64,000 nucleotides of DNA. Source: an uncultured Actinomycetes bacterium. Its GTDB lineage: Bacteria > Actinomycetota > Actinomycetes > S36-B12 > UBA10799. Position 1 is the first letter of the stretch. Each line of letters starts with the position of its first letter. Location of the stretch: positions 327,596 to 391,595 of the forward strand of contig CAWGCB010000002.1 of NCBI GenBank assembly GCA_963821045.1. The letters run 5' to 3'. The position numbers were made by a program, and so were the translations under genes. The notes beneath the pieces were generated by a model. That model searched no databases, had not been told where the DNA came from, and saw only the letters and a list, made by a program, of their open reading frames with translations. Positions 23,892-35,685 of this stretch are shown here, in pieces.

Positions 23892-26249
23892 ATGCCGGAT
23901 CCTCTTCTCGACGACCTCAACAATCGTCAGCGCGACGCGGTTTTGCATGAGGGCAGTCCGCTGCTAGTTGTCGCCGGTGCGGGATCGGGGAAAACGCGCG
24001 TGCTGACGCGACGGATCGGTCATGTCGTACGGGACCGAGGAGTAGCTCCGTACGGCATTCTCGCCATCACCTTCACCAACAAGGCTGCTGCCGAGATGAG
24101 GGAACGAGTCGTGGAACTCGTTGGCTCACGTGCCGCCGCGATGCAGGTTTCAACGTTTCACTCGGCATGTGTGCGAATCCTTCGACGCGAGGCGGATCAA
24201 CTTGATCTGCCGACGAACTTTTCGATCTACGACTCGAGTGACTCGCAACGCTTGCTCGCCAATATTTCCAAGTCGCTGGAGATTGACTCCAAGCGCCACA
24301 CCCCGCGTTCATTGGCAGCGGCGATTTCGAATCAGAAGAACGAGTTGATCGATCCTGAGACGTTCGCCTCGTTGGCAATGAACTCGACCGACAAGCTGAT
24401 ATCCGACGTCTACTCCGAGTACCAGTCGCGATTGCTGCGTGCTGGCGCAGTGGATTTTGATGATCTGATTGGGCATACCGTCACTCTGCTGCAAGCGTTC
24501 CCTGAGGTCGCCAGGACGTATCGCCAGCGCTTCACCCAGGTGCTCGTGGATGAGTACCAGGACACCAACCATGCTCAGTACGTATTGGTCCGTGAGCTAG
24601 CTGGGCATGCTCAGCCGGTGGATGGGATGCCCAATCCCAACGCGGACCTCGGGGTCGCCGAACTCTGTGTCGTGGGGGACGCAGATCAGTCCATCTATGC
24701 CTTCCGAGGCGCAACTATCCGCAATATCGATGACTTCGAGACCGACTATCCCGATGCCCGCGTCGTACTCCTAGAGCAGAACTATCGATCGACACAAAAC
24801 ATCTTGAACGCTGCAAACGCGGTAATTTCGCGCAATGTCGACCGGCGAGAGAAGCAGTTGTGGACCGCAGCGGGCGAGGGAGAGAAGATCGTTGGCTACG
24901 TTGCTGACGACGAGAACGACGAGGCCGCGTTCGTGGTCAATGAGGTCGTCGATCTAATCAATAATGGGACCTATCGAGCCGAAGATATGGCCGTCTTCTA
25001 TACGCACGAATGCCCAGTCGCGAGCGATAGAAGAGGTGCTCATCCGTCTCGGTGTCCCGTATCGGGTAGTCGGAGGCGTGCGGTTCTACGAGCGCAAAGA
25101 AATCCGCGACATCGTTGGCTACCTGCGGGTATTGGTGAATCCACATGACGATGTGGCGATTCGGCGCATCATCAATACGCCTCGCCGCGGTATCGGGGAC
25201 ACCGCCATTGCGACGATCGATGCGGTGGCTAGTCGTGAGCGAATCTCGTTTGGTGAGGCGCTGCGACATATCGACGAGTCCACCGGCTTGGCTGCCCGAT
25301 CGCTCAAATCGATTAGGGCGTTCGTGGCGATGATGGATCACCTGCGGGGTGAGTGGGCCGGTGGACTCGGAGCGGGCGATCTCGTGCACGAGATCCTGGA
25401 CCAGACCGGCTACTTGGCGACGCTGAAGGACAGCCGAGACCCGCAAGATGAGGCACGCATCGACAACCTCGTGGAGCTAGAGTCGGTCGCCGCTGAGTTT
25501 GAGAAGGACTACCCAGGAACGAACCTGGAGGATTTCTGGAGCGAATCTCGCTGGTAGCGGACTCCGACGAGATTCCCGAGGCCGATGGTGGTCTGTTAAC
25601 TCTCATGACCTTGCACACCGCCAAGGGCCTGGAGTTTCCAGTTGTGTTCTTGACCGGGATGGGGAGGGGATCTTTCCCCATCAGCGGGCGACCGATAGAA
25701 ACGAGATGGAGGAGGAGCGGCGCCTGGCCTACGTGGGCGTCACCCGCGCTCGTGAACGGCTCTACATCTCACGGGCCATCGTGCGTCGTCAGTGGGGCGC
25801 TCCGATGAACAGTCCGGGTAGCCGGTTCATCGACGAACTCCCCGTTGAACTGGTGGCCTGGCGTCGAGACGAGGCGACGGTTTTGTCGTCACGGCGACGT
25901 TCGGACTCGGGGTTGCGTTCGTAATTCCTACTCCACCGGGTACGACTCGCCCGGGCGCCGCAATGATCCGGATGCCTACCGCCGCGCGCCGACACCGAGG
26001 CAACGCGAGGACGGGTTGGGTTCAGCGCCGCAACTGGCGCGTGCAGCGCGCAACCCGGCCGCGAAGTCGCCAGGGAATCGTCAGGTACTAGATCTCACAG
26101 TGGGAGAGCGGGTCCTGCATCCGCGATTCGGCATGGGCACGGTGCTGACCACTGCCGGGCAGGGAGAGAGCGCCGAGGTCAGTGTGGACTTCGGTGGCGA
26201 GGGCGTGAAGCGACTCTTGCTGCGTTACGCCCCGGTTGAACGTCTGTGA
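23892..26249 (+). CDS. pcrA: UvrD/PcrA DNA helicase (several frameshifts)
   Basis: [55 protein letters not shown]; C-terminal H.RFG.G domain. Confidence 0.95.
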
Positions 26250-26494
26250 CGGTCGTAACCAACACGTGGGACGTAAGTCACATGACCGAAAACTGACAGT
26301 TTGGGTGTTTTGTCGGAAACGCGTTCCGTACCTTGGTTAAGAACCACATAAGACCGCGAGCACCATGCGGCCGCCGTAGCTTGTGCGATCCAGATATCAG
26401 TCGGACTCGCTCATGTGCCTAGAGATTCCGCGGCGAACATCCAACCAACGACCTGCCTTGACTCGAGACGTCAGCGCGGGAGTTCCCCTGGGAG

Positions 26495-27226
26495 ATGTCA
26501 ATGCCTGCTGCACCCAAGACCTTATCCAAACGCGTCGAAAACGCGGCGATTGCGACAGGAGTCGTGGCTGCCACGTTCGGTGCGGTCACTTGGGCCGCTA
26601 CCACCAACGCACAGGCTGCACCTGCGCCCGTGTCCTCTGCTGCGGCTAGTCCGAGTTTGCCGCCCACCGTTACCGTTCCAGCGCCGAGCCAGACACTCGC
26701 TGGCCCGAGCGAGGTTCCGCCGGCTTTCGCCCAGGCAGCCACAGTTGAGGCACCGCAGACTGCCGCAGCTGAACCAGCAGCCCAACCGACAGCGGAGAAG
26801 GATCCGACGCACCTAGAGTCCGGCTGGTACACCCCGGTCACCAAGTACTCCATGACCGCACGTTTTGGTGTTCCCGGCAGCTGGTCGAGCGGATACCACA
26901 CAGGTCTGGACCTGGCCACAAATCAGGGACGAACAGTGCGCGCGGCGACTGCCGGAAAGATCATCTCGTCGAAGTACGAGGGCGCCTACGGCAATCTAGT
27001 GCAACTCAAGATTGGGCCGAAGACCGAGATTTGGATGGCCCACCTCGACTCAGTGAAGGTGACCAAGGGCGATGTCATCAAGGCAGGAGACGCCATCGGT
27101 ACGGTCGGGATGACAGGCAGAACTAGCGGACCGCACCTTCATCTTGAGGTGCGCGTCAACGGCAAAGCGAAGAACCCAGAGGATTTCCTCTGGCCGACTG
27201 GCAAGGTGCTGAAGCGGCTTAAGTGA
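26495..27226 (+). CDS. M23-family metallopeptidase, secreted/anchored
   Basis: N-terminal hydrophobic segment, Ala/Pro linker, HTGLD and GPHLH motifs. Confidence 0.92.
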   Translation: MSMPAAPKTLSKRVENAAIATGVVAATFGAVTWAATTNAQAAPAPVSSAAASPSLPPTVTVPAPSQTLAGPSEVPPAFAQAATVEAPQTAAAEPAAQPTAEKDPTHLESGWYTPVTKYSMTARFGVPGSWSSGYHTGLDLATNQGRTVRAATAGKIISSKYEGAYGNLVQLKIGPKTEIWMAHLDSVKVTKGDVIKAGDAIGTVGMTGRTSGPHLHLEVRVNGKAKNPEDFLWPTGKVLKRLK

Positions 27227-27233
27227 CTTGTCG

Positions 27234-28007
27234 CTAGAGGATGGACGAGCCTGCCGGAGGATCCTGCCGGTAGGCGTACGCCCAGGCTGGTGGAGCGGCA
27301 GGTTTTCCGGGCGTCGTCAAGAAGAACTGCAGCGGATCAGTCGGCGTGTGGTCGACCCGCACCTCAAGATGCAGGTGCGGTCCAGTGGTGTTGCCGGTCG
27401 CGCCGACTAGGCCGACGACCGCTCCCTGGTCGACATGCTGACCAGGCAGGACGAGTGGCTTCGACAGGTGGCAGTACCAGATTTCAACGCCATCCTTGCG
27501 GACTAACCGGACCACTGTGCCGTACGACGGGTGAACAAAGATGGACTTGATATTCCCCCCGACAACGGCCTTCACCGGAGTGCCCGTGGTGGCAGAGATG
27601 TCAGCACCAGAATGCGCCACAGCCCAATATGGTCCGGTGGTGCCAAACGAACCGGTAACCGGGGCACCGTCGATCGGTGCAATGACCGGGAACGGATCAC
27701 CCTTCTCCTTCAGCGCTTTGGTGAGCTTCTTGCTCCGCTTGCTTCCACTCTTACCTCCACTCGAGCCCGCTGCAGCCGCCTCGACAGGGGCGGCTGGGGG
27801 AACGGGGAGGTAGTACTTGGAGACCGTTGGCTGTCCCGCATCCGTTGGTTCGGGGCTGGCTTGGTCGTCTAGCGCCTGCGCTGCGAGGCTGGTTGTATCG
27901 CTGGACTGCACCGTCGCACTCGACGTGCCAACGAATACGGCTCCAATTACGGCAGCTGCGGCGGCGCCACCGACGACGCCGATCCTGAGTTGTTTCGATC
28001 TCTTCAT
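27234..28007 (-). CDS. M23-family metallopeptidase
   Basis: Signal-like N-terminus, HSGAD and GPHLH motifs. Confidence 0.92.
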   Translation of the reverse strand: MKRSKQLRIGVVGGAAAAAVIGAVFVGTSSATVQSSDTTSLAAQALDDQASPEPTDAGQPTVSKYYLPVPPAAPVEAAAAGSSGGKSGSKRSKKLTKALKEKGDPFPVIAPIDGAPVTGSFGTTGPYWAVAHSGADISATTGTPVKAVVGGNIKSIFVHPSYGTVVRLVRKDGVEIWYCHLSKPLVLPGQHVDQGAVVGLVGATGNTTGPHLHLEVRVDHTPTDPLQFFLTTPGKPAAPPAWAYAYRQDPPAGSSIL

Positions 28008-28108
28008 AAGATCACCGAGTTTACGACGCGAGATCTCTTACCGCTACCTGAACAACGGACGCTCGCCGAGGTCATCCGTTCGGCTGATGGGTGCCCGCTA
28101 GATACGCG

Positions 28109-29104
28109 CTAGCGAGAGCTGGTGCTGGTGGCTCGGTAACTCGTCGGTTTGGCCGCTGGTTGGCGCGCTGCAGGTGCCTGGCGTCCAGTACTGCTCGCGA
28201 TGGAGGTGGCTCCAACCGCGACGGTGGATCCATCCGGATCGAGGTGGGATAGGGCGGTCGAGATCTCGTGGACGACGCGACCATCGACAGGAAGCGACAT
28301 GTGGCCCACTCCCCGGATGAATACGTTGCGTGCGTTCAAATCTGGGTGCACGATTCGGGCATTTCGTTGTGGGACGATCACTTGGTCGAGGTCAGACCAG
28401 ATAGCAATCATTCGGGTACGGCAGCCAGGTGCCGGCTCGGAGAGTTCCTGCACGAACTCACTTTGCGGGCGCAACTGCCGAGCCAATGAATGCGGCAGGA
28501 CGCGGGCGTAGGCGGACCCCTCGTGCGGCGATCCCAGCGTCACGAGGGTGTGAACGCGTTCATCGCCACCCTCGCATTGCACGTAGTGGCGTGCCACGAC
28601 GCCGCCCATCGAGTGCCCAATGATGTGGACGCGTTCGTAACCCGTCTCGCGGCACACTGACTCAACGAGCATCGCGAGTCGGCGGGAGACTCGACGAATG
28701 TCATCAGATAGGGGCGAGTAATTCAGGCTAATGACCCGTCCGAAACCGCGACGGCTCAGGCTGCGGCGCAGCACGGTGAAGATGGAATGGTTGTCGATGA
28801 CCCCGTGAACCATGATGATTGGGGTTCCGGCAGCCTCAACGTCGCCGATGATGAGACCACGTTGAACGGGGGGCAAGCCCTCCAGGTTATGCAGCAGTAC
28901 CTCGTCGCGGGCGCGTTCCTCGAGCAGGCCCATCGGGTACATCGCGACGTGAGTAGACAGCCAAGCAGCCTCAACCAGCACGCCCTTGACACCTGCGGGC
29001 GTAAGGACAGCCTTGCGGGCTTTACGGCCGGTCTCGCGAACGCGGCGAACTCGAGCTTTTGCTCTCGACACCGGACCCGAAGATCCATCCTGCTCGTTAG
29101 GCAT
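28109..29104 (-). CDS. Lipase-like alpha/beta hydrolase
   Basis: VHG, GHSMGG, TLGSPH.G, GH motifs; start taken at ATG 29104. Confidence 0.85.
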   Translation of the reverse strand: MPNEQDGSSGPVSRAKARVRRVRETGRKARKAVLTPAGVKGVLVEAAWLSTHVAMYPMGLLEERARDEVLLHNLEGLPPVQRGLIIGDVEAAGTPIIMVHGVIDNHSIFTVLRRSLSRRGFGRVISLNYSPLSDDIRRVSRRLAMLVESVCRETGYERVHIIGHSMGGVVARHYVQCEGGDERVHTLVTLGSPHEGSAYARVLPHSLARQLRPQSEFVQELSEPAPGCRTRMIAIWSDLDQVIVPQRNARIVHPDLNARNVFIRGVGHMSLPVDGRVVHEISTALSHLDPDGSTVAVGATSIASSTGRQAPAARQPAAKPTSYRATSTSSR

Positions 29105-29332
29105 GTGGAGAAAGGTAACGGACGCCGGGGCTTTGCGGGGCGAATCGACCTCGACTCTTACGTTGTTTTTTGCCCAGATACTCTTTCTGTAGGTAAATCG
29201 CGGCTCAATTCGGGGATTTGTTACTGACGGTGACGGCAGTGACCTGGACTGCATCGAATCTGGTCTGCTGGAGAATCTGGTCTGCAGTGAATATCTGCGG
29301 TAAATACAGAAAATAGGAGTAGGGGAGTTCTT

Positions 29333-29782
29333 GTGGCTGACACAGCAACCCAAAGCGCATCGGCGCAGGCAAACGGGACAGGTCACATCCGCGTACTGGT
29401 AGCAAAACCAGGACTCGATGGGCATGACCGTGGGGCAAAGGTGGTCGCTCGTGCTTTGCGAGATGCCGGTATCGAGGTTGTCTACACCGGCCTGCACCAG
29501 ACCCCGGAGATGATCGTCGACGCCGCGATTCAGGAGGACGTTGACGCAATCGGAATGTCGGTCCTCTCGGGCGCGCACATGACGCTATTTGCTGCTGTTC
29601 TGAAGTTGCTACAGGAACGCGACGCCAGCGACATCGTGGTGTTTGGTGGCGGAATCATTCCCGAGGACGACATCGCACCGCTGACTGAGCTAGGCGTGGC
29701 GAAGGTCTTCACTCCAGGCACGACGACCACCGAGATTGTCGAGTGGGTCCGATCAACTGCAGGCCCAGCTACCGCTGCGTAA
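29333..29782 (+). CDS. Stand-alone cobalamin-binding subunit of an acyl-CoA mutase
   Basis: [10 protein letters not shown] (DxHxxG), S.LSGAH, GGII. Confidence 0.93.
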   Translation: MADTATQSASAQANGTGHIRVLVAKPGLDGHDRGAKVVARALRDAGIEVVYTGLHQTPEMIVDAAIQEDVDAIGMSVLSGAHMTLFAAVLKLLQERDASDIVVFGGGIIPEDDIAPLTELGVAKVFTPGTTTTEIVEWVRSTAGPATAA

Positions 29783-29921
29783 TAGGCAACCGACTACGCT
29801 TTGCACGCCCGGGTAAGGGAATTCCCTGAATACGACGGGCCCAAATCGGCTAACGCAGCGTAGGCGAAACCGCGTCCAACGCGATGGCGTAGCCACGAGA
29901 AGTCTCTTGCGGAGTTGGCAC

Positions 29922-31094
29922 GTGGATCTGTACGAGTACCAAGCCAAGGACCTATTCGCGGCACATGACGTGCCGACCCAAAGCGGCGAAGTCGTCACTG
30001 CAGCGCAAGACGCGCAGGCGGCAGCCGAACGCATTGGGAAGACGGTCGTCGTGAAAGCCCAAGTCAAAGTGGGCGGTCGAGGGAAGGCCGGTGGCGTCAA
30101 GCTCGCGGCTACGCCAGAGGAAGCCGCCGAGAAGGCAGAAGCCATCCTGGGCCTCGATATCAAGGGCCACATCGTTGGGCGGGTCCTCATCACCGAAGCC
30201 AGCGATATCGAAGAGGAGTACTACGTCTCCTTCTTGTTGGATCGTGCCAACCGCTGCTTCCTAGCGATGGCCAGCGTCGAGGGCGGCGTTGAGATCGAGG
30301 AGGTCGCCGTCAACAACCCGGAGGCTTTGGCCAAGGTCCTCATAGATCCGATCGATGGTGTCGACAAGGCGAAGGCACGTGAGATCGTGGCCGCCGCCAA
30401 GTTCCCATCGGATGTCGCCGACCAGGTCGCCGACGTACTCGTCGCGCTTTGGGAAACCTTCGTTGCCGAAGATGCAACGCTCGTCGAGGTCAACCCACTT
30501 GTGAAAGATCCCGAGGGCAAAATCTTGGCTCTGGACGGCAAGGTGAGCCTGGATGAGAACGCGATGTTCCGCCATCCAGATCACGAGGCGCTGATCGACA
30601 ACGCCAACACCGATGCGCTTGAGCTCAAGGCCGCCGAACTCGGTTTGAACTACGTGAAACTCGATGGCGAGGTTGGCATCATCGGCAATGGCGCCGGACT
30701 CGTCATGAGCACCCTGGATGTCGTCGCCTACGCCGGTGAACAGTTCGGCGGTGTGAAGCCCGCGAACTTCTTGGACATTGGCGGTGGCGCCTCGGCTGAG
30801 GTGATGGCTAACGGCCTAAACGTGATCCTCGGGGATCCCGACGTGAAGGCGGTATTCGTTAACGTCTTCGGTGGAATCACCTCCTGTGACGCTGTTGCGA
30901 ACGGGATCGTCGCCGCCATCGACTTGCTGAACCAAGAGGGCGTTGCAGTCACGAAACCGTTGGTTTGCCGCCTCGACGGAAACAACGCCGACGAGGGACG
31001 ACGAATCCTCGATGAGGCTGAGCACGACATCATCGAACTTGTTGACACGATGGACGACGCCGCAGCGCGGGTCGCCGAACTCGCGAACGTTTAG
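29922..31094 (+). CDS. sucC: Succinyl-CoA synthetase beta subunit
   Basis: [43 protein letters not shown]. Confidence 0.97.
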   Translation: MDLYEYQAKDLFAAHDVPTQSGEVVTAAQDAQAAAERIGKTVVVKAQVKVGGRGKAGGVKLAATPEEAAEKAEAILGLDIKGHIVGRVLITEASDIEEEYYVSFLLDRANRCFLAMASVEGGVEIEEVAVNNPEALAKVLIDPIDGVDKAKAREIVAAAKFPSDVADQVADVLVALWETFVAEDATLVEVNPLVKDPEGKILALDGKVSLDENAMFRHPDHEALIDNANTDALELKAAELGLNYVKLDGEVGIIGNGAGLVMSTLDVVAYAGEQFGGVKPANFLDIGGGASAEVMANGLNVILGDPDVKAVFVNVFGGITSCDAVANGIVAAIDLLNQEGVAVTKPLVCRLDGNNADEGRRILDEAEHDIIELVDTMDDAAARVAELANV

Positions 31095-31108
31095 GAGCGA
31101 AAGAAGAA

Positions 31109-31993
31109 ATGGCGATCTATCTAACGCAAGACTCCAAAGTGCTTGTCCAGGGCATGACCGGATCCGAGGGTATGAAGCACACCCGCCGGATGCTGGCCAG
31201 TGGTACGGACATCGTTGCTGGTGTTAACCCGCGCAAGGCAGGCGAGGTTGTAGATATTGACGGCACTGAGATTCCGGTCTTCGGCACTGTCGCTGACGCG
31301 ATTGAAGCTACCGGCGCCGACGTATCAGTCGTCTTCGTTCCGCCAGCTTTCACCAAGGCGGCAGTGATCGAGGCGATTGATGCCGAGATTCCGCTATGTG
31401 TGGTTATTACCGAGGGTGTGCCGGTGCACGACACCGCGTACTTCTTCGCCTACTCCCAACGCAGCGGTAAGACCCGCATCATCGGCCCAAACTGTCCAGG
31501 GTTGATCAGTCCCGGAAAGTCGAACGCGGGCATCATTCCGGCGACCATCTCCAAGGCAGGCCGCATTGGGCTGGTCTCCAAGTCAGGAACCTTGACCTAC
31601 CAGATGATGTACGAACTACGTGATCTCGGTTTCTCAACGGCAGTTGGCATCGGCGGTGACCCGATCATCGGCACTACGCACATCGACTGCCTGCAGGCCT
31701 TCGAAGACGATCCCGAGACTGACGCGATCGTGATGATTGGCGAGATCGGAGGCGACGCCGAGGAACGCGCCGCTGCCTACATCGCCGAGCACATCACCAA
31801 GCCAGTAGTCGGTTACGTTGCCGGGTTCACCGCCCCAGAAGGTAAGACCATGGGCCACGCTGGCGCCATCGTCTCAGGTTCAGCAGGTACCGCGGCTGCC
31901 AAACAAGAGGCGCTTGAGGCTGCTGGCGTAAAGGTCGGCAAGACACCCTCAGCAACAGCTCGCCTAATGCGCGACATCATCGAGGGCAAGTAG
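31109..31993 (+). CDS. sucD: Succinyl-CoA synthetase alpha subunit
   Basis: [25 protein letters not shown]. Confidence 0.97.
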   Translation: MAIYLTQDSKVLVQGMTGSEGMKHTRRMLASGTDIVAGVNPRKAGEVVDIDGTEIPVFGTVADAIEATGADVSVVFVPPAFTKAAVIEAIDAEIPLCVVITEGVPVHDTAYFFAYSQRSGKTRIIGPNCPGLISPGKSNAGIIPATISKAGRIGLVSKSGTLTYQMMYELRDLGFSTAVGIGGDPIIGTTHIDCLQAFEDDPETDAIVMIGEIGGDAEERAAAYIAEHITKPVVGYVAGFTAPEGKTMGHAGAIVSGSAGTAAAKQEALEAAGVKVGKTPSATARLMRDIIEGK

Positions 31994-32055
31994 CTCGATC
32001 CACACTCCGAAGTTCGGCGGTTCTTGAGGCAGATCCGAGTTAGCCGTGGCACCCT

Positions 32056-33420
32056 TTGGGGGTGGCATATCGGCGACTTGAGCAGCGCAAGGCTGCCCGG
32101 CGTCAACAGTCGGCGGGATCACGTCCACCAACTCGGACTTCGTCGACCAGTGCGCCGGAAGGCGGCCGTCGGCAAGCGTGGACGCGGGTAGTTCGCAGCC
32201 GCACCGATGCCGTCGCGGCTCGCCTCAGCTCGCCCGTTGCCGGGTCGCTGGCAGCGGGTTGGAGTGCGATCCTCACGCTGCTTGCCGTTGGCGCTGTCGT
32301 CGTCATGGCGTGGGTGCTAGGTGCGGGCTCTGGATCGATCACCGACGCGATGCATGTCTCGGGGATTAGCTGGCTCGCTGCCCACCAGATACCTATCTCG
32401 ATCCCGCAGGGCTCGTTGTCGGAGTTGCCGTTCGGTTTCGTATTGATTCCCGGGTGGCTGCTGTGGCGCGCGGGACAGTGGGCAACCAGGCGAAGCGGGG
32501 CCTGCTTGTGGCGCGATGTGCGCTCAACCGTAGCCATGGCTGCCGGGGTATACGCGACGATTGGTCTCCTCGTCGCCACGGCCACTGCAAGTGATGAGGT
32601 CTCGGTATCTCCGTTCTTTGCGCTGATGGGAACAGGCGTCTTTGCACTACTCGTCTTCGGGGGAGGAGCGAGCCGGGAGGCCGGACTGTGGCCCTCCATC
32701 GCCGATCGGTTGACAGTCGCGATGAGGCGACGAATCCGAGGTGCGCTCGTCGCGGTCGTTGCGGTGGCGTTCTGCGCGGCGTTGTTGTTGGCTGTCTCTC
32801 TGGCGTTGCACTTCAGCGACAGCCTCACTGTCTTGGATGCGCTTTCGCCTGGACTGGTCGGCAACGTGTTGCTGCTTGTCCTGGTCGTCGCGTATCTTCC
32901 CAATGCGATTGTCTGGGCGAGCTCCTACCTATTCGGAACAGGATTTGCGGTAGGTCAGGGGACTGAGGTCTCGCCGTTTGCCGTAGACGTCGGTGCGGTT
33001 CCAGCCTTCCCGCTGCTGACTGCCATCCCGGAGTCAGCTCAGCCCTGGATGCCCGTCGTGCTGCTAGTTCCGCTAATTGCCGGAGCACTGGGCACTCGAG
33101 TCGGTCGGGCAGTTCCGCTGAAGCTCCTCGATACGCGAGACTTGGTCGAGCGGGTATGGGTCGCCGGGATTGGTGCAGTCGTGGTGGCCGTCGCGACGTT
33201 TATCGCCTCAGGATCCCTGGGTTCAGGCAGCCTGACTGACCTTGGTCCGAATGCCGCATTAACTGCCCTGGCTGCCTTCCTGCTGTTCTTCGTTGGAGGT
33301 GTCCTCGGCGACGCACTGCGCCACGCTAGTCGGTGGATTCGGCAGCGGCGTGGGATCGATTCGATTGACGTACGCGACGAGTCAAAGGACTTTCTCGGAG
33401 TAAGCAAGAGTCTGAGCTAG
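32056..33420 (+). CDS. Multi-pass membrane protein, PerM/DUF6350-like
   Basis: About 10 TM segments, YLPN..W...Y..G.GF.VG, P.FPLL; usual position between sucD and purN. Confidence 0.75.
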   Translation: MGVAYRRLEQRKAARRQQSAGSRPPTRTSSTSAPEGGRRQAWTRVVRSRTDAVAARLSSPVAGSLAAGWSAILTLLAVGAVVVMAWVLGAGSGSITDAMHVSGISWLAAHQIPISIPQGSLSELPFGFVLIPGWLLWRAGQWATRRSGACLWRDVRSTVAMAAGVYATIGLLVATATASDEVSVSPFFALMGTGVFALLVFGGGASREAGLWPSIADRLTVAMRRRIRGALVAVVAVAFCAALLLAVSLALHFSDSLTVLDALSPGLVGNVLLLVLVVAYLPNAIVWASSYLFGTGFAVGQGTEVSPFAVDVGAVPAFPLLTAIPESAQPWMPVVLLVPLIAGALGTRVGRAVPLKLLDTRDLVERVWVAGIGAVVVAVATFIASGSLGSGSLTDLGPNAALTALAAFLLFFVGGVLGDALRHASRWIRQRRGIDSIDVRDESKDFLGVSKSLS

Positions 33421-33500
33421 GAGCTACTGGGCGAAGGCGACGAGGTACTTGCCATGACCTGCTCTACGATGTGTCCGTGACGGTGCGGGGGGAGAAGCCA

Positions 33501-34112
33501 ATGACTGCGCCCCGGCGAATCGTTGTCTTGATTTCTGGCTCCGGAACAAATTTGCAGCGACTGATCGACGCCTGCACTGTGGGAGAGTTGCCAGCCGAGA
33601 TCGTCGCGGTGGGTGCGGACCGAGTGGATGCAGGTGGATTGGCTCGTGCGGCGAGTGCGAACATTCCGACCTTTGTGGTCGCGCCGTCGTCATTTGCGGA
33701 TCGCGCTTCGTGGGACGCCGACCTCGCAGCGCAGATCAGTGCGTACGAACCGGACTGGGTCGTGAGCGCAGGTTTCATGCGCATTCTTGGGGACCAGGTT
33801 CTCGCTCACTTCCCGAACCGCATCATCAACACCCATCCCGCGTTGCTGCCCAGCTTTCCCGGCGCCCACGCAGTCGCTGAAGCTCTCGCCTACGGGGTGA
33901 AGATCACCGGCTGTACCGTGCACTTGGTTGATGCCGGTGTTGACACTGGTCCAGTGCTAGCTCAAGCGAGTGTCCCAGTGCTCCCAGCGGACACTGAAGA
34001 AACGCTGCACGAAAGAATCAAAGAAGTAGAACGCGAACTCCTCATCGAGGTAGTCGATTCGCTGTGTCGCCATGACGTCAATGTTGCCGGTAGAGAGGTA
34101 AATCTCACGTGA
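33501..34112 (+). CDS. purN: Phosphoribosylglycinamide formyltransferase
   Basis: [38 protein letters not shown]. Confidence 0.96.
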   Translation: MTAPRRIVVLISGSGTNLQRLIDACTVGELPAEIVAVGADRVDAGGLARAASANIPTFVVAPSSFADRASWDADLAAQISAYEPDWVVSAGFMRILGDQVLAHFPNRIINTHPALLPSFPGAHAVAEALAYGVKITGCTVHLVDAGVDTGPVLAQASVPVLPADTEETLHERIKEVERELLIEVVDSLCRHDVNVAGREVNLT

Positions 34113-35681
34113 GTACCCGTCCCATCAAACGTGCGCTGATTTCGGTCTATGACAAGACTGGACTCGTTGAACTTGCCACGACCTTGTCATCCGCCGGCGT
34201 TGAGATCGTCTCCACCGGATCGACCGCCGCGACGATCAGCGCGCAGGGGATACCCGTCACCCAGGTCGCGGATCTGACCGACTTTCCAGAGATGCTCGAC
34301 GGCCGAGTCAAGACGCTGCACCCTCGTGTTCACGCCGGGATTTTGGCTGATACTCGGGTGCCCGATCATCTGGAGCAACTCGTCGACAACGGCATCTCAC
34401 CGTTTGAGTTGGTGATAGTCAACCTCTATCCGTTCTCTGACACCGTCGCTAGCGGCGCGAGCCCAGACGAGTGTGTGGAGCAGATCGATATCGGCGGTCC
34501 GTCGATGGTGCGTGCCGCGGCCAAGAACCATCCTTCGGTCGCTGTGGTCGTGTCACCGCAGCGTTACGAGCAGGTGGCTCAAGCCGCGCAGGCGGGCGGC
34601 TTCACGTTGGAGCAGCGCAAGGCGTTAGCGGCCGAGGCGTTTCGCCATACGGCTAGCTACGACGTCGCGGTGGCCACCTGGATGGGCGAGGTCGTCGCTC
34701 CTGAAGGCCGGCGCGAAGTTCCCGGGCTGGGTCGCCGGAGAGTGGGAGAGAGCGGCGACATTGCGCTATGGCGAGAATCCGCACCAAGCGGCCGCGCTAT
34801 ACGTCGCTACTCACGCGTCGCCAGGGATCGCTCAGGCCGAGCAACTACACGGCAAAGAAATGTCCTACAACAACTACGTTGACGCCGACTCCGCCTACCG
34901 ATCGGCTTACGACTTTAGCCAGCCTGCAGTCGCAATCATCAAGCATGCGAATCCTTGCGGTGTTGCCACGGCTATTGGCGAACTCGATGACATCGCGGCG
35001 GCGCACCGAAAGGCCCACGCGACTGACCCGGTCTCGGCTTTCGGAGGCGTCATCGCCGCGAATCGCGAAGTCACCACAGCCATGGCGCAACAGGTCGCGG
35101 AGGTCTTCACCGAGGTCATCGTGGCCCCGAGCTACGAGCCGGGCGCGCTAGAGATCCTGCAGCGCAAAGCTAATATCCGCATCCTGGTTGCGGCGCCGAT
35201 GCCCAGTGGGGCAACCGTGGAGTCGGCGCAGATTACCGGCGGGATGCTAATGCAGGCGACCGATCGGGTCGACGCAGATGGCGACGATCCGAGTAACTGG
35301 ACGTTGGCATGTGGTGAGCCAGCCGATCCGGGGACGATGGCCGACCTTGCGTTTGCCTGGCGAGCGATCAGAGGGGTGAAGAGCAACGCGATCCTGCTTG
35401 CCGCTGATACCGCCGCCGTTGGTATCGGAATGGGGCAGGTCAACCGCGTTGACAGTGCCCGCCTCGCCGTGGCTCGGGCTGGTGAGGAGCGGGTTCGCAA
35501 CGCCGTGGCCTCCTCGGACGCATTCTTCCCCTTCCCTGACGGACTCGAGGTGCTGCTCGATGCAGGCGTGCGCCATATCGTCTCCCCAGGGGGATCAGTC
35601 CGCGATGATGAAGTGCTGGCCGTTGCGAAGGCTGCCGGGGCGACGATGTACTTCACCGGCACTCGGCACTTCTACCACTAG
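34109..35681 (+). CDS. purH: Bifunctional AICAR formyltransferase/IMP cyclohydrolase (frameshift near 34710)
   Basis: [50 protein letters not shown]. Confidence 0.96.
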
Positions 35682-35685
35682 CTAG

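Noticed and set aside
29105-29578. N-terminal extension of the 489-aa lipase ORF
   Set aside because: It overlaps the B12-binding gene on the opposite strand; the ATG at 29104 gives a normal-sized protein.
33421-33500. ZTP riboswitch before purNH (also looked for cobalamin riboswitches before the mutase genes and c-di-AMP before the M23 gene)
   Set aside because: No recognisable conserved core by eye; an Infernal/Rfam scan would be decisive.
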